Source: Pelomyxa schiedti
Lineage: Eukaryota; Protista; Evosea
Assembly: GCA_020536535.1 (NCBI GenBank)
Contig: JAHLWZ010000961.1
Span: forward strand, 1 to 37,669
Length of the DNA: 37,669 bases
Direction: 5' to 3'
This document shows, piece after piece, positions 1-11,600 of the stretch. Numbering within the stretch: the first letter of the stretch is position 1; each line of letters opens with the position of its first letter. The position numbers were made by a program, and so were the translations under genes. A model generated the notes under the pieces. That model was not told the DNA's origin, made no database searches, and worked only from the letters and a program-made list of their open reading frames with translations.

Positions 1-307
1 TTTGGGTATTTGTAAATATTTGCCATATCTTGCATCATGTGCTCTTTATTTGGTGGTGTGGCGTTTGTTGTTCCCTCCGAGGGTGGGTGGCCCCTACTAT
101 TCGCAACCTCTTACTTCTCCCCGCTGCCCAAGTGACGGTGCAGCAGCGCTCACACCGGCTGTGAATTTTAACTCAGAGCTCCCTGTTACATCCAATTTGG
201 TTTATGAGTTAGGGCTTTAGTGTCTCACGCTCTTCCTCGTCCGTTGCAACGCCTCACACCAGTCCGCGGAAAGATGATTGATTCAAACCATTTTTATTGG
301 AAAACGA

Positions 308-1745
308 ATGAGTTGTTTGCCTTTGTCGGAACAGCCAACACCCGTCACTACTTCTACGTATGCCACGTCCTCATCGCTGGTTAGGTACTCCCAACCAATC
401 CCCGCGCCTGTGGGACCTCAATGCTCTCCGTCGCGACAACAGCAGCTACGGACTCATGGGAGGCAGAGCCAAAGACAAGACAACATCGTGAGCAAAGCCG
501 AGCCGCGGGCCAAGAAACCACCTGTTGCAGCAACGCCAACAACAACAACAACAACAACAACTACATCGACGCCAACAACAATCAAGAACGGCACCCTGCC
601 TGAGTTGACCAAAGTGCCGCCAAAGAGGAGACACAATCCCACCGGTGGGACAAACACAGGCACAAGCAGGCAGCAGGCAACGTCTCCGAGCCGCGCGAAT
701 TCGGCGCACCCACAAGTGCAACCCGCGGCCGCAGTGCAACAGACACTGGTACAGAGCGCGGCTGCGCTGCCGCCCCCGGCACCGCCGCCCCCGCCGCCGA
801 CGTCGACGATCCTGCTGCCGCCTTTGGCTCGTGCAAGTGCAACTGCGGCGAGTGACGTCACTGCGGCGAATAGTGGTGTGCTGCCGGGGCTTGGTGATTT
901 GGATAGGGATCCGACTGGAAATTTGTGTGACATTCTGGATGCCATTGTGCCCAAGAGGTGGTAAGGCGTTACAGAAAACTTTAACTTTGTGTGACATTCG
1001 GACTTGCGATTTGTGTTTATTTGTTGGGCTACTATCTAAAAGGCACACAGAGAATTTATGAAGGATTCCACGCACTGGGAAATTCATGCCTCTACCATAC
1101 CCGCCACGAGAAATGATGTAATTCTACTAGCGGTACATATTTCAAACCGTGCCTACTCACCTAACGGGTATTGTTATTGAGAAAGAGATGCAAAAACGTC
1201 TTGTTCAACGTCAAGCTCGTGGCACAGGACTATGTCCAATAAGAAGAGAGCTATACTCCCAATTATTTGGTAAGTTCACAAGAAACGTATTTATTGTTCC
1301 TTACCGATAACTACTAGATGAGATCATACGTCAAGAGACAGTAAACTGCACGGAGCGCGGAATACTACTTACACACGTTAGAAATGAGCTCCATACAACT
1401 TTACATGCTTACCTAACATTGTATGAAAGTGGAATCGCTTTTGGCCTGAGAAAGGCTCTTGATGCTGAACAGGGCAGAGTGGACCTTGAATCAAAGGTTT
1501 AAGACTCAAGAAACTGTTTGAAAATCCCAGTTTATTGTTCTGGGCAGATAACCACCCTCGAAGCTGAGAAGCAAAGCCTCGAGACACAAGTCGCTGAGCT
1601 AAAGGCAAAATGTGAATATATTGAGAAAAGAGATATCGAGAGGTGGCAAGAGGAAGAAAAGAAACATACAGAAGAAGTGGCTTTCCTGAAGAAAGTCAAT
1701 CTGCAACTAAAAGCACAACTGGAGTCCATTCTTAAAAAAACCTGA
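308..1745 (+). CDS. DNALI1: Axonemal inner-arm dynein light intermediate chain p28 (DNALI1 family) with a ~200-aa low-complexity N-terminal extension; 4 introns
   Basis: Splicing (introns ~958-1050, 1133-1181, 1270-1317, 1497-1547) gives DILDAIVPKREFMKDSTHWEIHASTIPATRNDVILLAKEMQKRLVQRQARGTGLCPIRRELYSQLFDEIIRQETVNCTERG...LYESGIAFGLRKALDAEQG...EEKKHTEEVAFLKKVNLQLKAQLESIL, which matches p28 along the whole domain. Confidence 0.93.
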
Positions 1746-1949
1746 CATCCCACCTTCCATTGTAAAAACATGATAACACAAATTCTAAAACAGAACAGTG
1801 TACTTGATACACGCACATAGTCTTTTGCGTGTACCATTTTTCTTTTGTTGAAACCAATTCACTCTTAGCATTGCAACTTGATCATTCCATGGCTGTGATC
1901 AGGATTTGATGGCATTATGTCACTCACATATCCCCACCCAAGGATGCAC

Positions 1950-2305
1950 GAATAAAGCTTCAAAGTCGAATTTCTTCGGCTTTTTTGTCCTTCGTCGAAG
2001 CTTCGAAGCACCACCAGTTCTTCGGCTTCGATTGTTTTTTTTTTTCCTTTTCATCAAAAAGTTGGTCGCCTTAACGACAGTGAGTCTCAAACACTGTGCA
2101 GCATGTGGGAAGTAACAGCCAAGTGTTTCCAACACTAGGATTGTTGCCCCAAACCATGTGTGTCGTAGTTCTGGCAGAAAAGGAAAGTTTTTCAAGGAAT
2201 CATCAAATCTCTGAGTCCCCAGTCTACGAACCGACTTGGTTTTGGGCTCGAATCGAAGGTGTGATTCGAGCCCACCTTCGAGGTCGAAGCTGTTCTTCGA
2301 TTGTT
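1950..2305. repeat. TTCGA/TCGAA-rich region with a 12-bp-stem hairpin; possible transposon-end remnant
   Basis: Clustered cttcg/tcgaa motifs. TGGGCTCGAATC (2243-2254) pairs with GATTCGAGCCCA (2263-2274). Confidence 0.4.
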
Positions 2306-2700
2306 CCCCCCTTTGTGCATCCTTGTCCCCACCAACGTTGGCACACTGGGGTGGTTGCTATCTGTTCCCATAATTCCTCAGACTTGATTTCCACGTAGCT
2401 AAACAAAGTGCTGATAGAAGAAAAAGTGACTTGCACATCTTCATCATATATCACACAGTCCTGGGGCACTTTTGCACCTTGCAACAAACAGCTTACATAC
2501 CTGCAAATGTCTGTGCAGCCACTGCACGGCCTCTCTGGTTGCCGGTGTGTTCATGGTGTAGGACTGCAATGATCCATCCATGGATACCAGAGTTTTGAAC
2601 TTCAACAACTTGATTTCAAACTCTACAAAGTTGGAGAATATTGTTTCCCATGTGACTGTGACGTGGGGTTATTCTTTTTACACTGAAACAGGCAGCCACA

Positions 2701-2903
2701 GTACCTGGGGCTTCCAGAATGATAGTTTGATTTGGGGTGCCATACAGCATTCTGTTTGCTTCCTGGTCTATGTCCAAAACATGATAGAACATTGCTATGT
2801 GCTGATGTAAGACCCTTTCAGGCCAAAACATGACAGACCAGGAAGCAAACAGAATGCTGTATGGCACCCCAAATCAAACTATCATTCTGGAAGCCCCAGG
2901 TAC
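2701..2903. repeat. Perfect 69-bp inverted repeat with a 65-bp spacer (MITE/foldback-like)
   Basis: 2701-2769 is the exact reverse complement of 2835-2903. The spacer carries the direct repeat CCAAAACATGA twice. Confidence 0.9.
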
Positions 2904-3168
2904 ATGTTCTTTGCAACCATTATGGGGGTTTCCCCAGTAAACGACTACAGAGGCTAAGTTTTATGAGGGTTTTTTTTTTTGGTTTTGTACTTATGGGAAC
3001 TGTAGATTCTTGTGATAGAGCGACGTGCAGACTAGAAATCTAATGCAAGTTGCAGTACTGGCGTTGGCATCCTTGTCCTGCCTGCCCCATGTTAAACGCA
3101 CTTGATCTTTGTATCCAAAGGGAAAAACAATTTGTTTTGTTGATCATAGATAGTAGTTCACTATTTTA

Positions 3169-3180
3169 TGGTGGAGGTGC
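3169..3180 (+). promoter_or_regulatory. Primer-binding site complementary to a tRNA-Ala 3' end
   Basis: TGGTGGAGGTGC is the reverse complement of GCACCUCCACCA, a typical eukaryotic tRNA-Ala acceptor end. It lies just upstream of gag. Confidence 0.7.
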
Positions 3181-3360
3181 TGTTTTGATACCTCACCTTA
3201 AGCCACCCTAACATCTTTGACAAGCATCTAAGGTATTACAACTCTCAACCAAGATCTAGATGAAAGAAGTCTAGCAACAAACATCCACCTGCACCATTGT
3301 CGAGTAAGGACAAGGGATGATGGCGAAAAGCCTGGCGACAATGTGTCAGATCCATAGAAG

Positions 3361-6300
3361 TTGGTGAGCTTGCCCACAGTGCAGCAACAGGCTGAGATCG
3401 AAAGTGGGAAGAGAATCACCACATTGGAAGACATACTCGCACAGATATTGGCACAGCTCAAGGGAAAAGAAAATACAGATGGCGCCAATCACGGTAATTC
3501 CCAAGTAGAAGCTGATACAGACATAACCAGTCTAGTCATACTATTACAATCAAGACTAGGTACCACAAGGACTACTGGAGGTTCTAGTCAGTCTGGTCAA
3601 TCAAATACTACTACACCAAGTAAGAGTGGTGGCTTAACGCATGGAACAAGGGAACCTGAGGGCAAGGGATCACACAAGTCAATACAGTGTTACAATTGTC
3701 ATGTATATGGACATACTGCGAAGAACTGCAGAAAGCCAAAAATGTGTGGATTGCAACCAAAGAGCAAGGGAAAGACCAAAAAGTCCAAAGTCAGGGTGGG
3801 AAGCCTCAGAGTAAGTCGGGAGGTAGCACTGTCTACCCTGCCAAGGTGGACGGTAAGGAGAAGGTGGAAGAGCCGGCAAGTTCTTTACCTTCGTCTGCTG
3901 CTCCTACTGAGACTAAGCAGACCAAGCACACTTTCGATGAGAAAACAAGCTATTGATTATCCTCACTCCTTGGAAAAGTAAATGGTAAGCCACACTGATG
4001 ATAGATAGTTGTTCGTCTATTTCAGTGATCAGCAAAGATGCACTCCAGCATATTGCGCCAAATGCGGAAGTAACATAAATGCCCAGTTTGGTGAAAGCCG
4101 AGGCTATCAATGATACATTAGTCGAATTATGGGGAAGAATTGACCTACAAGTAGAAATCGGCAAGGCAATTCACCCAGTAACATTCACAGTCACCAGAGG
4201 ACTGAAGAATATGATACTTATCAGATGTGATGCACAACACATTACAAAGGAGATATTTTGCTCCTGTAACGGTTTTAGATGGCAAAACGGGAAGAAAGTC
4301 AGTTTACTTTCTCAGAACAGAAACAACAAATGTATTCTTGCAAGCAAGATATTACTATCCCAGGATGGTCTACTGTTGCAGTGGATGTCACGCTGCCTGT
4401 AGGACTGCATATCGGAGAGCCACTCCTGGTGGAGAAATGCAAAGAAGCCATCATGCACGGAATATGCACGCAGTCATCTGTTCGGAGTACCCAAGACCAG
4501 GAATATCCAAGTTCAAATCGCAAATACTCGCAGGAAGAGAAGATATACCAAAGACTGCATTCAGTTATGCTCTTGGACATCTCGAAATGGTTCGCATGCC
4601 ATTCAGGTTGGTAAACGCTGGTGCGACCTACCAACGCGGCATGAGTCAATTGTTCCAAGGCAAACAATGGCAGTACATACTTACATACATTGATGACATA
4701 ATTGTGTTTTCACATACATTTGAAGAGCACATGCAACATTTGCAAGAAGTCTTCAATTGTCTGAACGATGCTGGTGTGAGGTTGAAATACACCAAGTGTG
4801 AATTCTGTATGGAGAAGATTAACTTTCTAGGTAACATAATCAGCAAAGAAGGAATCAGACCTGATCCTTCCAAGATGGAAGCCATTACGCAGTTTCCAGC
4901 CTCAAAGGGGTTGAGGAACTGAGGCGATTTCTGGGAATGACAGGCTGCCATCAAATGTTTGTGAAGGACTACACAATCAAAGCAAACGCACTGGTAAAGA
5001 GACTATCAAGTGAGGGGCAATGGAATCGGAAGGAGCAACTCGCTTTCGAAAACCTGAAGAAGGAATTGTGGCAAGCACCTATGTTAGGACATCCTAATTG
5101 GTCCCTACCATTTAACTTGGAAACAGACGCTTCCAAGGCAGGTGTTGCTGCAGTGTTGTCACAAGGCACACCTTGGACCAAAGAGTATAAGATGATAGGA
5201 TGTTGGAGCAGAAAATTGAAGAAGTATGAGCGGAACTACGCAATAACGGAACTTGAAGCACTTGCAGTAGTCTGTGGTATTGTAAGATTCCGAGAATATC
5301 TGGAAGGGAGACCATGGATACTGTATACAGATCACTCTGCACTCACAAGGTTGAATGATACTTGTCCCGCAAACAGTAGAGTTTGGTGGTGGTATGTTAC
5401 ATTGCAAAGTTGTCTACTGTCCAAGATTGTCTATGTGAAAGGCAAAACTAACGTGGTAGCAGATGCTTTGTCAAGAGCACCCGTTCTTGCTGCAGAGAAC
5501 GAGGTAGTTACTGAGGATCACGCAATTGAGAACCCTGTATTATTTGCCTGTAAGGAGTTTACACTGAAGGAGATGTATGACTTCCAAAGAGCGGACCCTG
5601 AATTGGATTTCATCATCAATTGTCTGGTGGGTAGGGCCAAACCATCACCAGAATTGGCATGGAAGTTGCCATGGTATTTCTTCGACGAGGATTATCTATT
5701 GAAACATTGTCAGAAAGATCAGAAAAGAGATTCTATTTCGTCTGGTGTCGTTGTACCTAAAGACAAGAGATGGGAGATTTTCGCATATTATCACAATAAT
5801 GATCTAGGAGCACATCGGAACGCCGATCAAACACTCACTAGGATACTCCAAACGTTCTGGTGGGATACCACAGTCAGCGATGTGCACAAGTAAGTCAAGT
5901 GTTGCCCAGAATGTCAACAGTGTAACACGTTGCAGCAACCAGTAGCACATGCAGTGTCTAGACACGTCTATGCACCGTATCCATTCCATACTATTCAATG
6001 GGACCACACTGGACCATTTGGTAAGAAAGCAACTGCTAATGGGAACAGATTCATACTCAATGTGATTGGTATATTTTCAAACTACTGGATATGCATTCCA
6101 ACTCCAAATGAAGAATGTGCTACAACAGCTAAATTGCTGTGGGAACATGTGTTTTCGAAGTTCGGTATACCTCAGATTGTGATGACTGACGGTACCGTAA
6201 GGAACACAGCTCAAGTGATTGAACAGTTACATACATTCATGAACACGGTTCATAATGTCAATGCACCTTATAGACCTCAAACAATAGGAAGAGTTGAGCA

Positions 6301-6623
6301 CGTTAATTCCGTTCTCAGAAGAGCACTGAAGAAAGCTGGTGACAAAAGTGTCAAGTGGGATCAAATCATACCTGCTATCGTGTACGCACACAACACAGCG
6401 CCGAATACTGCAACGTACCGTTTACACTCATAGTCGAAAGAGAACCTGTCGAACCAATGCAGCACTGTTTACGCGCATTGAGTGCAAGGAGGCCCACACT
6501 TACATCAAGCAGATACAAAAAGGATGGGAATTTGCTAACGAACTTAGAGAACGCATTAACGATACAAAGGATAACCGCGTACCGCAGAAGCACAATTTCA
6601 AGCCGAATTCGTCGGGGTATTGA
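3361..6623 (+). pseudogene. Disrupted gag-pol
   Basis: Frameshifts (e.g. ~3990, ~4910, ~6420), an in-frame TAA at 5891-5893 inside the integrase zinc finger, apparent deletion of the N-terminal RT motifs near 4500, and protease DSG changed to DSC. Confidence 0.88.
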
Positions 6624-7080
6624 GGGGTGATGGCAGCCAAGTTGGCCAACTAATTATGGTCATTCACGGGAACGAGTGAGTTCAAGCTAACAGACACCAG
6701 CCAACCGAGCACCCCCTCTGCATCGTGTAAATAGTTACGACGAAGTTGTTAGATAAAACATCTAACACACCCGAGGACAGCAACACTATTCAGCCCACAA
6801 CGTCCCTCACCCAGACCGCCACTCTTCACCGGCCAACGAACCCACGTTATAAACCCCCTCTTGTTTTGTGAAAATGGTTGGACAAAGATTGAGACCAGAT
6901 TTTCCCTGAATGGATCAAGAAGTCTATTGCCCGGTCCTTCAAAAATCGAAAACATTCGACTTTGTTGCGTCCCGTCAAACAGGCAGACTCTCTGCGTTGG
7001 GTTGACACGAGATATCAACACAATTGACAACAAAGCACCGGGAGGGAGGTTTGGTGAGATCTTCTGGTGTAATCGATGCA

Positions 7081-8580
7081 ATGTCCGGAAGGGACTGTGA
7101 GTACTACTATTACTTCACTTATGAAGTTCTGGCAATAGTAGAGTTGCCCAACATTCATAACTACGGTGCGTTGTAGAGCTCGGTTTTTTCTTAACATAAC
7201 TTTCTTCAAGCTCCGTTTGACAGCCTTGGAGACGAAGTGTTAGTACGGATACTTTCGTATTTGAACTATAGAGCCCTTGTGGTGGCCTCTCGCGTGTGTA
7301 AGCGATGGCAAACTGTCTGCTCCCTGCCGCTACTAGCACCGACAACAATGTATTGTGCCTTTTCCTTTTGATTCTTAGTGAAATCGGTTACATTCTAGAT
7401 GTCGTCCAGGCCTTACAACTGTACCTAATGATGTTGATCGCAGACGAACATTCAAGTGGAAGAAAATGCTTTGCAACTGGGATTATGTTATCAAATTTAA
7501 GAAAAAGAAGGTCACTGGACCTTCTTCTGGTAATCACCTTATGCTGTACCTAGTTATACGATCGTTGTTGCAAGGGAATACCCGACTGCGTGCGCAGTAG
7601 GGCCTGGTATTTGCTATCTGGGGTCCCTCTTGCAACACCTTCTCCGGCTCATTCACATATGATTTACAAAGTATGCACTTACTACTTATAGTACTCATAG
7701 TTATAGGAATTGCTTGCACACCCATGCCCTTGGGAAGATACCATTACAGTTGCATGCAAGGATGCAGTTAATCGTGATATACTTGGATATAGGCAAGCTT
7801 ACCACCCCGCACTAGAAGCTTACTAACTATCCCTCAGGGTGCAGAATGTTATCCAGGCGTACAGCTTGTATGACCCAGAGATTGGCTACTTCTGGGGACT
7901 TGACAAAATCGTCAATTTTCTTCTAATGTATATGCAGGAAGAAGATGCATTTTGGTGTGTATCAATGTGAGGGAACATATCTGACATTTGTTGTAGGGTT
8001 CTAGCGCAACTTCTAAATGACAGCCGGTATAATATGCGAGGTTTTTTCCTGAAGGGATTGCCGGGGCTCCATGCTGCCACGGTGCGGTTTGAAGAACTTC
8101 TACGAAACCAGCTTCCAGCACTTTCAGACCACTTCGTTGTCATTCCAAACTGTTTTTCCTTTGGCTAACTCTTTTTTCTATTAGAGCCATGAAGCCCTTA
8201 CGACTTCAGCTATATATATCAAGGCATGTATCTTTTTTTTCTCCAGGAAATGGGGCGACTTCTAAACCCCTCCAGGAGTGGCTGACTGTGATGTTCATAA
8301 ATACTCTGCCCCATGAAATGTGTGCCAGACTGTGGGACGTGATGTGGTTCGAAGGAACTGATATGATGTTTGGTGTGGCCTTGGCTATCCTTAAAAGTCT
8401 ACAAAGTATATTCCCAATCAAAACAATGAAACAGGTTTCCCTCTTCTAACTTTCGTCTAAAGGTAAGCTCCTGCGAAAAACTTTTGAGGAATGTGTTGCA
8501 ACATTCAAGAAATTGCGGGACTGGGACTTGCCTCCTGATGAATTGGTTAAGAGGGCACTCTCCATACCCGGCACTTTGTA
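7081..8580 (+). CDS. F-box + TBC (Rab-GAP-like) domain protein with degenerate catalytic motifs; many introns; start uncertain (possibly ~6874)
   Basis: F-box: FDSLGDEVLVRILSYLNYRALVVASRVCKRWQTVC (~7215-7320). TBC: KWKKMLCNWD...KLYDRCCKGIPDCVRSRAWYLLSG...NVIQAYSLYDPEIGYFWG...LLMYMQEEDAFW...EWLTVMF...RLWDVMWFEG...VALAILK; stop TAA at 8578-8580. Confidence 0.85.
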
Positions 8581-8664
8581 ATATGTTCCCCATAGTGTTG
8601 TTGTAAAACCTAGAGCAAAAATTTAAAACAAAAACAAACAAGTTTCTTTTTTTAAATCAAACAG

Positions 8665-11600
8665 CTAGTGTGTGTCTTGTGTTACATAGGAGATGGTGAT
8701 GTCATGCTGAGATTTTGTTGTGATTGTGTCTGGTGGCGGTGCAGGTGGTGGTGTGTCGCTGTAGTAGAATTCCATCAGTTCCCCAACAGGGAAGCGGAAT
8801 CCACCCTTTGGCGTTAGAAGGCCATCAGGGAACGGGGGAGGTGGAGGCGGAGGCGGTACTGTTGGCGGCGGAGGGGGTGTTGTCATGAGGGCTTCCAAGT
8901 CGAGTGGTGGAAGGCTCATTGGTGGGGGTGGAGGCGGTGTCATTAGTGTCTCTAAGTAAAGAGGGAGATCGGGTGAAGGAGATGCGGCGGCGGTGGTGGA
9001 GGTTGAAATGGGCTTAGGTGCACGCTTGTGGGTGTGGGAGCGGGTGTGCTTGGCCGTTGGTTTTTCATGAGTTTGATGGAGTGGTTCCTGCGGTAGTTTC
9101 TGTGTGGGTGGTGCTGGTGGAATGGGGCCGGGTGTGGGTGAAGGCGGAAGTTGTTGATCTTTTGGATCGCGTTCCGTTGTTGTGAGGGTGGATGGATGAG
9201 ATGCTTGTTGCGCTTCAAGGTTTTGACCTGTGTCCGGTTCGTTTGGTTTAACTCCAGGTAAAGGAGGTTTTGGTGAAACGCGCAAGTAGTATTCGAGTGC
9301 TTGTTCCAGTGCAGAAACTTTATTTTCGAGAAGAGAACATTTCGAAAGCAGGTCAGAATTCTCCTTCTCAAGTACACGAACCCGCTCACAGAGTAGGCAT
9401 TGCTCATAGTCTCCTATTTTCATTAAAGCCGATGAGGAGAGGCGTGCGGCGGAGGAGATCACTTGTGAAGGGTGTTCACTTGACACATCAACTTTAGCTC
9501 CGCTGGTCCCACTGTTGGAATTTTTGAATAAAAGCTGGTCAGTTGCATCTGGTTCGTCCTTCTTGGGTGATTGAGCAGCGAGTTCATCCATTGAAGATTT
9601 ATTGGGCCATTCTTTTTGTTGTGTGACAACCCCGCCTGTCTTGTAACCCTTCTTGCGTCTCACTTTGGGAGGTTCAGGAGAATACATGCCCTCGATATCG
9701 AAAGGTTTAGGCTCTGACTCCATGGCCCCTTCACTTCTTGAAGGCATAATTCCTAGGCCACCAGCCATACCAGAAATCCCAGCCAAAAGTTGTGGGTTCC
9801 ACCCAAGATTGACTGAATCTCTATTCATTGAAGACGATATCATTGTAGACAGTAATAACTTTTCAGACTTTTCCAGTACCCCAGTGTCCCAGTGGACATC
9901 CCTTAGGTCAAGAGCCAAATCACACTCTCTTAGATAATACGACTTCCAAAGTTTCATTTGTTCTGGGTCACAAGATATCTTCAGTGGAAGAACCTCACAC
10001 GTAGGAGATATTCGGCTTATTTGGTGTCCCGCGTACTGGGGGTTGAGGTATCTGGGACAGGTTGCATTTATCATTGACCAAACGGAGTTGGTTCTTTCAC
10101 TGAGATGTAAGGTCGTTCGTTGCTGCTCGTTATCACACAAAAAAGTGCCAAATCTGCAAGAATGGACTGCTGCTGCAATGTCACATAGAAATACATCACT
10201 GAATTCAAACTTAGATGGATTTTGTTCCATGATCTGAAACACACAGTCCAAAAACTGTATGAAAATAGGAGAGCGCTCAGACTCGGCAGCTAAGGGTGCG
10301 TTGGGCATTTGTGCGTGACCTACCCTTGTGTTGAACATGTGACCAAAACTGAGCCAGTCTTTTTCAACCAGGACCTGGTGATTGGATTAAAATAAATTGT
10401 GGTTGGAAGGAAACCTCAAATCCGTAAATTGTGCGAAAAAAAGGATCCAGAAGTAACATTGCAAGAGCACAAATTTGGGCCGTCCTATCCCAGCCATCTG
10501 AACAGTGAACTAAACAGGAACTCCCACGCTCCAATGCGGTGGCAACCTGCTGCGCACCTTGTAATATTTGTGCAACGTGATCCAGCCATTTGGTAGAATC
10601 GAGGCGAGCTCTCCAGGTGGATTCACAATTAAGCTAAGAACATCAAATAATACTTGGGGGTATTGTATTAGTACCTCTTCTTTTGTCAATGAGAGGCAGA
10701 AATCCCCGAGTTTTTCGTGAGCTGATCTCATAACATGCACATTTTCCACCTGGTGAAAATGAGTGAATGCACTAACGGAACGATATCTCTTACCCCTAGA
10801 AATTGAAGTTCCGTGTTTTCGTAAAGAGAAATGTCTTCTGTTCCACCCTTAAAACAATTATTCACTAAGCCAACAGTTCAAACATACTTGGTTTGCTCTA
10901 TTTATTACTGCATTGACACGAGGCCTGGCGTCCATGATAATAAAGGTGTCATTGTTGAGTGATGCCTTTCTTGCCTTCGATAAAAGTGTTTGGTCATGAA
11001 TGCTTCTGTTTGATAGAAGCCCAACACAAGGCTGCGCCGATCTCAGAAGAGCAGCGTGCGTGATAGGATGCCTCCAAGTAAGGGCAGGGATTCGTCCGGC
11101 TAGTGAGCATTTTAGCGTCATTGGAGTAACTAATGCTAAATACCTTTTCTGAAGTCGACTACATTGAACAGAAGGGTATCAGGCGCATCGGCCGGTACAC
11201 ACAGGACCCTGCGAACATAAAATCAGGGAGAAAAAAAGTAATAAAATATGTCCACCTTGGGTATGATGGGCAAAAGGAGTACATCGAGTTTATACTACTT
11301 AATCGCCAGCCAGTTCCAAGTACACCAAGCCGGCGGTACTCATCTTCAGCTTTATAAACCTTTGGATTTTAGATGTAAGCAGATTGGCCAAAGCAATAGA
11401 CAAGACATACTAGCCAACCATCTGATGGAAGGGGAGATTTGTCCTTAAATGCAAACAATTTCTCGACTTGACAAGAAAATACAATAGTGTTTAACCACTG
11501 ATCCAGTATTTGACAGAGTGTAGACTGATGAAAACTGAAGTGCAAGTATAGTCTTCGGAAATCCTTGCATTTGATAGTGAGCTTTCTTCTCCTCGATCCT

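Larger units (their letters stand above)
3001..6680 (+). mobile_element. Degenerate Ty3/Gypsy (Metaviridae) LTR retrotransposon; boundaries approximate, no paired LTR found
   Basis: Domains occur in the order Gag zinc knuckle CYNCHVYGHTAKNC, protease (MIDSCSS), RT (KTAF, MPFRLVNAG, YIDDIIV), RNase H (ETDAS, ELEALA, TDH), integrase (HHCC; WDHTGP, TDG, GRVE). PR-RT-RH-IN order is the Gypsy arrangement. Confidence 0.92.

Noticed and set aside
536-582. (ACA)n and other short tandem repeats or poly-A/T runs as CRISPR or satellite
   Set aside because: They are poly-Thr codons or intronic homopolymers with no repeat-spacer structure.
446-1087. Long antisense and alternative-frame ORFs over GC-rich first exons (also 15008-15670, 28775-29437, 35628-36425, 36475-37113)
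   Set aside because: These are shadow ORFs of GC-rich, low-complexity coding sequence and show no motifs.
2224-2700. Minus-strand exon-like fragments (HVTVTWETIFSNFVEFEIK; DVQVTFSSISTLFSYVEIK)
   Set aside because: No recognisable domain or start, and stops lie upstream. Possibly a gene relic, but it cannot be supported.
5891-5893. In-frame TAA in pol as a sign of a reassigned genetic code or programmed readthrough
   Set aside because: Host genes end normally at TAA, TAG and TGA, and the element has other lesions, so this is a simple nonsense mutation.
6680-7100. Possible 3' LTR/polypurine tract (GGGAGGGAGG; GGAAGGGAC-TG)
   Set aside because: No similarity to the sequence before the PBS. 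GTGAGT at ~7097 fits better as a splice donor of the next gene.
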